Of a DNA stretch of 39,054 bases, positions 32,026 through 39,054 are shown one piece after another. The position numbers were made by a program, and so were the translations under genes. The stretch lies in assembly GCA_013115125.1 (NCBI GenBank), contig JABANN010000327.1, positions 1 through 39,054 on the forward strand. The letters are read 5' to 3'. The notes under the pieces were generated by a model. The model was not told the DNA's origin and ran no database searches. It saw nothing but the letters and a program-made list of their open reading frames with translations. Positions within the stretch are counted from its first letter, which is position 1; every line of letters starts with the position of its first letter. The stretch is from Perkinsus olseni (taxonomy: Eukaryota).

Positions 32026-33140
32026 GGGAGAAGTACTGAGAAGCTCTCAGTGAGGACTCCCTCAGGCAAACCCAAAGTGGTCGATAGCCAGGGACGCACC
32101 CGTGCATCATGTCATGCAACTTGGTGATACGATCTATTCCCCGCGTCGTTCAAATACACTGACGGATGACTCATACGGAATGTAGCGAGACTCCCGGGGT
32201 GAAGTCACTCGTTCTCATATCATGATGAACAGAGCCTACGGGTCTAGTAAATTTTATTATCGGAAAGCCCTCTGATGGGACTACTGAAGTCATGTCGTGT
32301 CTCGACCTTGGCGAGGAAGCGCCTTCGCCGCGAAGACTTCGCAAAGTGAGAGAAGACGCTTCACCGCCCGTCCATGTACTCTGCAACACTACGCGTCCAT
32401 ACAAATATCGTGCGCTCAATGGCCACTATCCGCCCTCGAATATGCTAACGTAGTTCATCCACCCTTGGATGCCTGGCAGCATCCAGCTTGTTACTAGCGC
32501 GGGTGGAGTCTGTAACTCCTCGAGAGATCCTCCTGGGCACCCCCGCGACGATCTTCCAACGCTCACGTGAACCTAAGGAGGACGAAACTGTCCCGAAAAT
32601 GGTGACGCATGTCTTTCGAGTGCAGAGCACTAGGTGTCCCTTCCCCCATAATGGGGCCCCCATTTCCTTGGCACTTTAATAACCCAGTGCAGTTCGGCCG
32701 GGTTATACAGCGCATAAGCATAACCACGAAGTTATAGTACAGCACACATCCACTGCAACACGTTTCACTGTGGATTTCACGAATCACGTAGCATAGGACA
32801 TGAGTGGATGGCGGCGCCCCGGCGCGCTTGTCGAGCATGGGAGCACGCTGCGTGCTCCCACGCTCGTGCGTGCTCCACGCACGAGCAACCCATGCAATTG
32901 GACGCATGTGTCTCGTGCATGCACTGTGAAACACTGTGAAAGTCCCTCTACAATTTCTTTGAAGGAACTTCTAGGAAGTTACTTCTCCTTCTTGTCTTTG
33001 TTCTACGTCGGCCCTGAAAGCCCATTCTTGTAATCCTATATTAAGCGGAGTCCACTTTGTGAATGCAATCCGTCCTGTCGTGCGGTATCCACGTAGTATT
33101 ACTTCCGTCACGGAAGTTCCGTGGTATTACCACGGTGGTA

Positions 33141-34625
33141 ATGTCCGCACTCCTCCCCCTTACAGCAGACGGCACTTCCACAGCGTCGCGTTCTCCGAGG
33201 ATATATGATGATGCTCGTCTACGGGCCTGCCCCTTATCTACCATTATGTACCGTCCATCCTTCCTCCGCAACCGCGAGAGTCATGAAGATGCATTCCTCG
33301 CCTCGGTACCGGTCGAATCTGTCGATCTTTTCTTGAGTCATTCCTGGTCTGCCGACGGCTTTTGGAAACAGGCCGCTCTTTCCATCGGCTGTGGTACATC
33401 CTCTTCTTTCAAGGCTACCTTAGTCTTGTCTTCGATTGCAGCAGGTCTCTTTTACCCCCTAGCTCGAGACGGTGATATATTCGAGCTACTTGTATGCACC
33501 TTCGGTCTTGTAACATTCCTGGTTAGCCTATTCGTTACCCCGCTATTCAGACATCGCAAAACGATGGCATTCCTTGATAAGTGTTGTATACCCCAGGATG
33601 ACCCCATTGCCAAGTCCTATGGTATATCGAGGCTAGCCGACTATCTCCGTGCATTAGACAAGCTGCTCATACTCTGGTCCCCTGATTATCTCGATCGTCT
33701 TTGGTGCGTCTACGAGTTGGCTGTCTTCCTGCAGAACCACGATGAGGATGATGTGATCCTTATCAATCTGGAGTACCTCAAGCTCTGCGTATTGGTGATG
33801 CTCCTACAGTTCTTGACTACTCTCGTCATGTGTCTCCTGCAACCTCATAATACCCAAATATGGTACATCGTGCAAGTCTGTGGACTGGCTGCGAGTATCC
33901 TCATATATTTTGGGGTGTACCGCTGTAGTGAGGAGTGGGAGAAGTTCTGTGCTAACGTGAAGTCCTTCAACGTTAGCAAAGCCAAGGGCTCAACAATAGC
34001 GGATTACTATACCCTCAAGCAGCTTATAAGTCGTATGTACGGTTCAGAGGCAAGGTTTGCAACGGCTGTGAGAGCGCTCTGGTTGGGTGAAAGAAGAGAG
34101 AAGCAATTTCCTCCTTGGATGTTCTCTACAGCATCGCTGCGGATCATCTGTGTACCTTACGTCCCACGAATTCTTTCACATTTTGTACGCGCTATTACGA
34201 ACTCGATAACAACAGTTTTCACCCTCGCCATGCCGGTCTATGCACCAGATGCACCCCCAGACACGTTGCCAAGTACTGTCCAGATACTGCTGTGGGAATT
34301 ACGTACCACGGTCATACCTATCTCGATGATCTGCTTACGTGTTCCTTTGATGCAGCTTGTAGCACATAAAATGGCGACTGGGTGGATCTCTAAGAATATG
34401 GGCAAATGGTGTGTTGGTATCATCTTCGCTTTGGCGTGTGTTTCGTATTATTTTTTAACACAGATGATATGCGGCGTTAGCGGCTGGGATCCACTTCACC
34501 AAGGCCCGATGAATCTGCCGACGGATGAGACACTCCTGTGGATTCGCGGAACCATTGCTGTAACTGTTTCATCCTTAATTGTACGAAGATCGTATGGTTA
34601 TGAACTCCAAACCGAACTATCTTAG
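33141..34625 (+). CDS. Multi-pass membrane protein with a TIR-like domain
   Basis: DLFLSHSW, AFLDKCCI and KLLILWSPDYLDRLWCVYELAVF match TIR betaA, betaB and betaC-alphaC motifs. Several hydrophobic helices. The frame is open from 33063, so the true start is uncertain. Confidence 0.75.
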   Translation: MSALLPLTADGTSTASRSPRIYDDARLRACPLSTIMYRPSFLRNRESHEDAFLASVPVESVDLFLSHSWSADGFWKQAALSIGCGTSSSFKATLVLSSIAAGLFYPLARDGDIFELLVCTFGLVTFLVSLFVTPLFRHRKTMAFLDKCCIPQDDPIAKSYGISRLADYLRALDKLLILWSPDYLDRLWCVYELAVFLQNHDEDDVILINLEYLKLCVLVMLLQFLTTLVMCLLQPHNTQIWYIVQVCGLAASILIYFGVYRCSEEWEKFCANVKSFNVSKAKGSTIADYYTLKQLISRMYGSEARFATAVRALWLGERREKQFPPWMFSTASLRIICVPYVPRILSHFVRAITNSITTVFTLAMPVYAPDAPPDTLPSTVQILLWELRTTVIPISMICLRVPLMQLVAHKMATGWISKNMGKWCVGIIFALACVSYYFLTQMICGVSGWDPLHQGPMNLPTDETLLWIRGTIAVTVSSLIVRRSYGYELQTELS

Positions 34626-36015
34626 CCGTCAAGCGTAGTGTCGCACTTCGAATGCGCTTTTCGGTTCTGGTTGCAAGGAGCACTGGTTTGCCAAGCTTGT
34701 GGAAAGTTCCACAGTTTGGAAACACAATTTGCGTTTCCAAACTTAGTTTCGAAACTGAATTTTTTGCTAATCTTCCGATTTACTTTATCCGAAGGGTGTC
34801 GAGTTCAAGCAATTTCGGGAGGGGTAGAACACATTTCATATCTTTCTTAGGAAGAGCTCTACAAGGTGATCAACCTATCAGCTGACTGATTTTCTCAATC
34901 GGCTTGGCTGTAGCGCTACTCTATCGAGAGTAAGTGTCCTTCACTGAATGCTTCTGCATTACATTGTGATTCACACAATTCGTGAACCAATTCGTTATGC
35001 AAATCGCAAAAATTGAGATTTTTCCGTAATTGCTAAGTTTCTAGATTTCGAAGTTGGGCTGCTTGGGTATCTTGGTAAAAGGAATTCGGTGAGAGATCCT
35101 TCCGTGTCTTTTCCGTCGCATATTACGTCGTAGTTCGCTTCGCGCTCTTAACAACAGGGGAACAGTCGATGAAACGGTTGGTCGATATATCATTGAATTT
35201 CTCTCACCATAATACATATTATGTATTACATAAGCAGTCCAACAGTGGTGTCTACCAACTTGAACTCACCACTCACGGAAAAATCCCAACTAGCCCTCAG
35301 TTAGCTTCGAATAGCTCCGGCTCACCCTGTATGAGACGGGGCTCAAAGAAAGGTAAAACCGGCCTGGAGGATATTAGGGCGCTAATATGACCTATAGCGT
35401 GGTCTGTAGCGTAATGTACAAGGCGCATAGTGATACGAGATACTGATTGGCTAGTGACTGGCAACCGTAAGGCGGTTGTCACGGTATAGTGCAGCGACGA
35501 TCAAGACTTGGCGAATATATTGCTAACCCCTCCCGATCCCAGCTTACAGCTTTCCAGACACTCCCGGAGTGTCACTCCGATGCCGAATCTGTCCGGGATG
35601 CGAACTGCTACAACTGACGCTATCGTGTGTACGGCTTTCTGCACATCATGGATAACCTCTAGTAGACGACGAGCCTGCGCCTATGGCTCTTGGAGACTCC
35701 TGAGAAATCTGATGAATTCAGATGTTGAAGGTTCGAAAATCGTCGCTCACGGTCAAGCTGGACTCACGCCTCGTGCGGCAGGTTGGCTCCCATGGGGCCG
35801 GTGGATCGGCAATTGAATGGGAGTATTATGTTGAAGCTAAAGCAACAAGCCCTGACAGTTGTACTGCGATATCGGCCAGGACGAGTGACGTGCGCAACTC
35901 CCTTCAAGTGGTAGGAAAAAATGTGTTATACTGTTACTGAAAAGCGAATTAATAGACGCTGAACATGTCTTACATGAGAAAAGATGCTGCTTGATGACAG
36001 TCAGCAGCACGCAGT

Positions 36016-37578
36016 CTACACTGGAGTTGGTCTCCCTCTGCGGAATACTTCTGCGGCGGCACAGCGGCCCTTAGGCCCCTCCTTACAGAATGATTCAACC
36101 AATATCCCAGATGAATCAGTTATCTTCACTCCGCACGCTGGCTCCGCCCTCCACTCCCATATCCGTCCACCAGCGTCCGGTAGTGAAGCAACTTCCTCAT
36201 TAATTTCATCACCCTTCGCCACACAGGTTCCATGCACCGGGCAGCGAAACTCGACATCACCACTCGGTAGCCTCCGAATTCTCTTACTGAAGAGGCCGTG
36301 CATGAATGCTGTCTTTTCTGCAGTCACTGGACACTCTTGCAGGTCGAGAAAGGTGATATTCGGGCAGCTCCGGAGTAAATCACAAAGCATAGCATCAGTG
36401 ATATTCCATCCAGCCAATTTCAACACGTTCAAGGGAGCCGGGCTGATGGACTCGAGGCCTGTCAAGAGAGACGTGATGCACTTATCAGACTCTTTCTGTC
36501 GCCCCGGGAACTCATCGGCTGTATCGATGTCAAACCATCGTAAAGAGGCGATAGAGCCAATCCATCGAAACATATCTTTGAGCTCTTCGTCAGGAGCTTT
36601 CAGTTTTGTATTGATCAGTTCCAACTTCTCAATATTGTTACACGAGACCAATCCCTGATAGAAGAAGTCGGGCTGAATACTGACTAGATCACCGGAGAGA
36701 ACGCGCAAGCTTGTGGAAGCGGACCAACATTGTACCATAAAATCAGCTTCGGCCAAGATGTAAAAGAACAACCCTCTGAGTTTAGTGCATCTTTTGATGG
36801 CCTTCCTGAACTGCTCGACCTCTACTGCGTCAGCCTCGTCATAGTATTGATTTAATCCCAACTCCACCAGCGACTCGGCGGCCCAATTACAGGTGTCCGT
36901 AATAAGAGGCAAAAGCACTTCAGTCTCATCTAGATGGAGAACTCGCCAACACTTCCTCTTTGCCCGGTCATCAAGCCATCCCACACCCGCAACGAAGGTG
37001 CATGAGACAAGTAGTTCAGTAAGGCATGGTAGATTCCCACAGCAGAGCGAGACATCCTTGTCGTGCAGGTTGTCGTTATTCGACAAGTCGAGTCGGACCA
37101 ATTTTGACGGGTTGGCCCACAGTGGCGGACCCAGGTGGAGAGGGAGGGGAGCTAACGTTCGCAGATTGCAAGCGGCGCCACTTTCGAGAATTTCTCTCAG
37201 TTTCGCACCAGCTTTATCAAGTAGTTCGTTCAATTTTGCATGAGCAGCACTGTCAAGAAATTCCCTCGGGTCAGTATCACCGTCGCCCAGACTCTCCTCC
37301 TCGTAATCAACAAAGTACTCCCACACCGTTGCAATCTCCCCCATGTACCTTCCGTACGTTCCCATTATTCTGTCGAGGGAATCATCAACCTTCTCGGGAG
37401 GCACCCTCAACTCCAAGACCCCATAGCCAGTCCTAGTCTCCTCATAACGTAGATAGTCCATCACAGCCCTTCTCCAACTGCTGCATACTGATGCTACTCG
37501 GACAGCACTGGTGACATCAGACATCAGCCAAGATAGGATGTGCTCGAGGATGAGGCCATCAATAGGAGGAGGGAGCAT
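36016..37578 (-). CDS. F-box / LRR protein, paralog C, intronless
   Basis: 520-aa ORF collinear with paralog B (KAPDEELxDMFRWIGS, LLRSCPNITFLDL, DVEFxCPVHG), plus an insertion after the F-box. Confidence 0.8.
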   Translation of the reverse strand: MLPPPIDGLILEHILSWLMSDVTSAVRVASVCSSWRRAVMDYLRYEETRTGYGVLELRVPPEKVDDSLDRIMGTYGRYMGEIATVWEYFVDYEEESLGDGDTDPREFLDSAAHAKLNELLDKAGAKLREILESGAACNLRTLAPLPLHLGPPLWANPSKLVRLDLSNNDNLHDKDVSLCCGNLPCLTELLVSCTFVAGVGWLDDRAKRKCWRVLHLDETEVLLPLITDTCNWAAESLVELGLNQYYDEADAVEVEQFRKAIKRCTKLRGLFFYILAEADFMVQCWSASTSLRVLSGDLVSIQPDFFYQGLVSCNNIEKLELINTKLKAPDEELKDMFRWIGSIASLRWFDIDTADEFPGRQKESDKCITSLLTGLESISPAPLNVLKLAGWNITDAMLCDLLRSCPNITFLDLQECPVTAEKTAFMHGLFSKRIRRLPSGDVEFRCPVHGTCVAKGDEINEEVASLPDAGGRIWEWRAEPACGVKITDSSGILVESFCKEGPKGRCAAAEVFRRGRPTPV

Positions 37579-38381
37579 GGGTAAATGCTGTAGAAGGCCA
37601 GCTCGCTACGATCTAGTAGTCCACAATCAGGTAAGACGGGATGACGCGACCACGGCGATCTACACTTCTCAATCAGGCTAACCCAACCTACTTACACTCC
37701 CATCCAAAGCTTCTCAGGACGCCTGCTCACTTGCCTACTGGGCCTCCCCCGGATCAGTGAAGAAATGGCCAGAGAAGACCAACGCGGTTGAAAACTAACG
37801 AAGCGTTCCGTGAACCGACAGCTTGCCATTCCAACCTTATACGGGAGGCGTTACCCTCTACATTGAGCTCGTTGAGAGATGGGTATATAAACATTACACG
37901 TAGAGGCCCAACCCGCTCTTCATAAGATGGCTTTTACAAGGACGCTCGAGAACCGGAGGCACGATAGGCTTCAATTGACTCACTTCCTTCATCACAGTCC
38001 ACACCTACTTTCCCTCCTACCGGAAGCATGCTGGATTCGGCCACGCAGAATTACTTTTGTCTACGATGAGATGAGCCTTGGGTGTAGTAGGCCGACACAT
38101 AACCGCCATGATCCATCCTTGAGATCAGCCGCTACCCTCGACCCCATTGCCACGCGAAGTGATAACGAACTCAACACTGAAGTGCGTCGGAAGCTATAAG
38201 ATAGCTGTAAAGATTGTAATTGCAAATAATGATAGGCGAGTGATGCGAGAACGGCCAAAGAATGGCAGCGCACGAGTATGGTCGGAATGGGCTCGAATCG
38301 GGTAATAATCTCGAAAAAAATCTCAACAGAATGACCAACTGCGCGCAGCGGAACTCCACAGCACTTCTATGTGTTAACCCA

Positions 38382-38791
38382 TCACTGCTGCTGCTGTTGG
38401 GAGTCACCGGAGCCAGTAACAGCACCCTCGACCTTGCTGGCGACATCGGCTGTCTTGGCTGCCGCATCGGTAACCTTCTGAGCCGCACCTTCACCGCCTG
38501 AGACAAGAGAAATGCGGTACTGATGACGAATGGAAATAACATCCCACCAATCTTGTCCACAGCCGACTGAACTTGATCGTCTTTCATTGCTTCTCCGGCA
38601 TCTGAAGGAACGACGCAGGTCGATCAGTGAAAGATACCGAAGCGAAAGATACCTCGAGCAGCTTCCTTCACTTCACCAGCCTTCTCAGCGACCTCATCCT
38701 TCTTGGAGGCCTCATTCGCCTTATCAGCATCCTTATCACTGGAAGTGAAGATGTTCTTCACGCTGTTTCCGAACTTCTTGAGGGCGTCCAT
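38382..38791 (-). CDS. Small hydrophilic LEA-like protein, 102 aa; exons 38791-38653, 38601-38548, 38497-38382
   Basis: Two GT-AG introns (~50 nt) join in frame: MDALKKFGNSVKNIFTSSDKDADKANEASKKDEVAEKAGEVKEAARDAGEAMKDDQVQSAVDKIGGEGAAQKVTDAAAKTADVASKVEGAVTGSGDSQQQQQ*. A/K/E/D-rich, with no Cys or Trp. Confidence 0.8.
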
Positions 38792-39054
38792 TTATAAGTA
38801 CTCTATAATAAATCACTGCCTCAACCAATTTTGGTACGCAAAATAACCCACACCAGTCGTCTTCCTTACAGCACACTCGGAACTCGCCCTATTCTAGCGA
38901 CGAAGACGGCCACACAGCTCCAAGAATGGCCCGAGAGAATCATCAAGCTAGAGATAAGCTTGAAATTGTTTTGCCAAACGGCTTGTGAGCAGTTTTGATC
39001 ATCGCTCGCCCTTTAATTCATCTGCTCAGTAACGATAAGATATGCTTGAGTAGT

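Noticed and set aside
30641-37452. Long plus-strand ORFs (30641-31183, 35984-36658, 36893-37243, 37026-37436) similar to each other
   Set aside because: Antisense shadows of the F-box/LRR paralogs.

Overview
Eukaryotic, gene-dense DNA with many ~50-nt GT-AG introns and two assembly gaps. Gene content and intron style suggest an alveolate, most likely Perkinsus (inference). Housekeeping-type genes recovered by manual splicing: mitochondrial ribosomal protein L33, an HPR/RAP-like mitochondrial RNA-binding protein (plus a broken paralog), a Hook-family dynein adaptor, a GT34-like glycosyltransferase, a Gln-rich coiled-coil protein and a small LEA-like protein. Accessory content: (i) a four-member family of two-exon type-I membrane proteins built from tandem [LV]DW[SN]x[VI]xLExP motifs, in four different states (intact, altered splice donor, LINE-disrupted, pseudogene); (ii) a 3'-truncated APE-RT LINE; (iii) three intronless F-box/LRR paralogs flanking a membrane-embedded TIR-like gene. 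The most unusual non-gene signal is the large number of palindromes with a single unpaired central base (n-1-n, arms up to 33 bp). Paralog comparison shows that at least one cluster of them was inserted de novo into an exon by copying flanking DNA. All family calls are motif recognition by eye, not database results.
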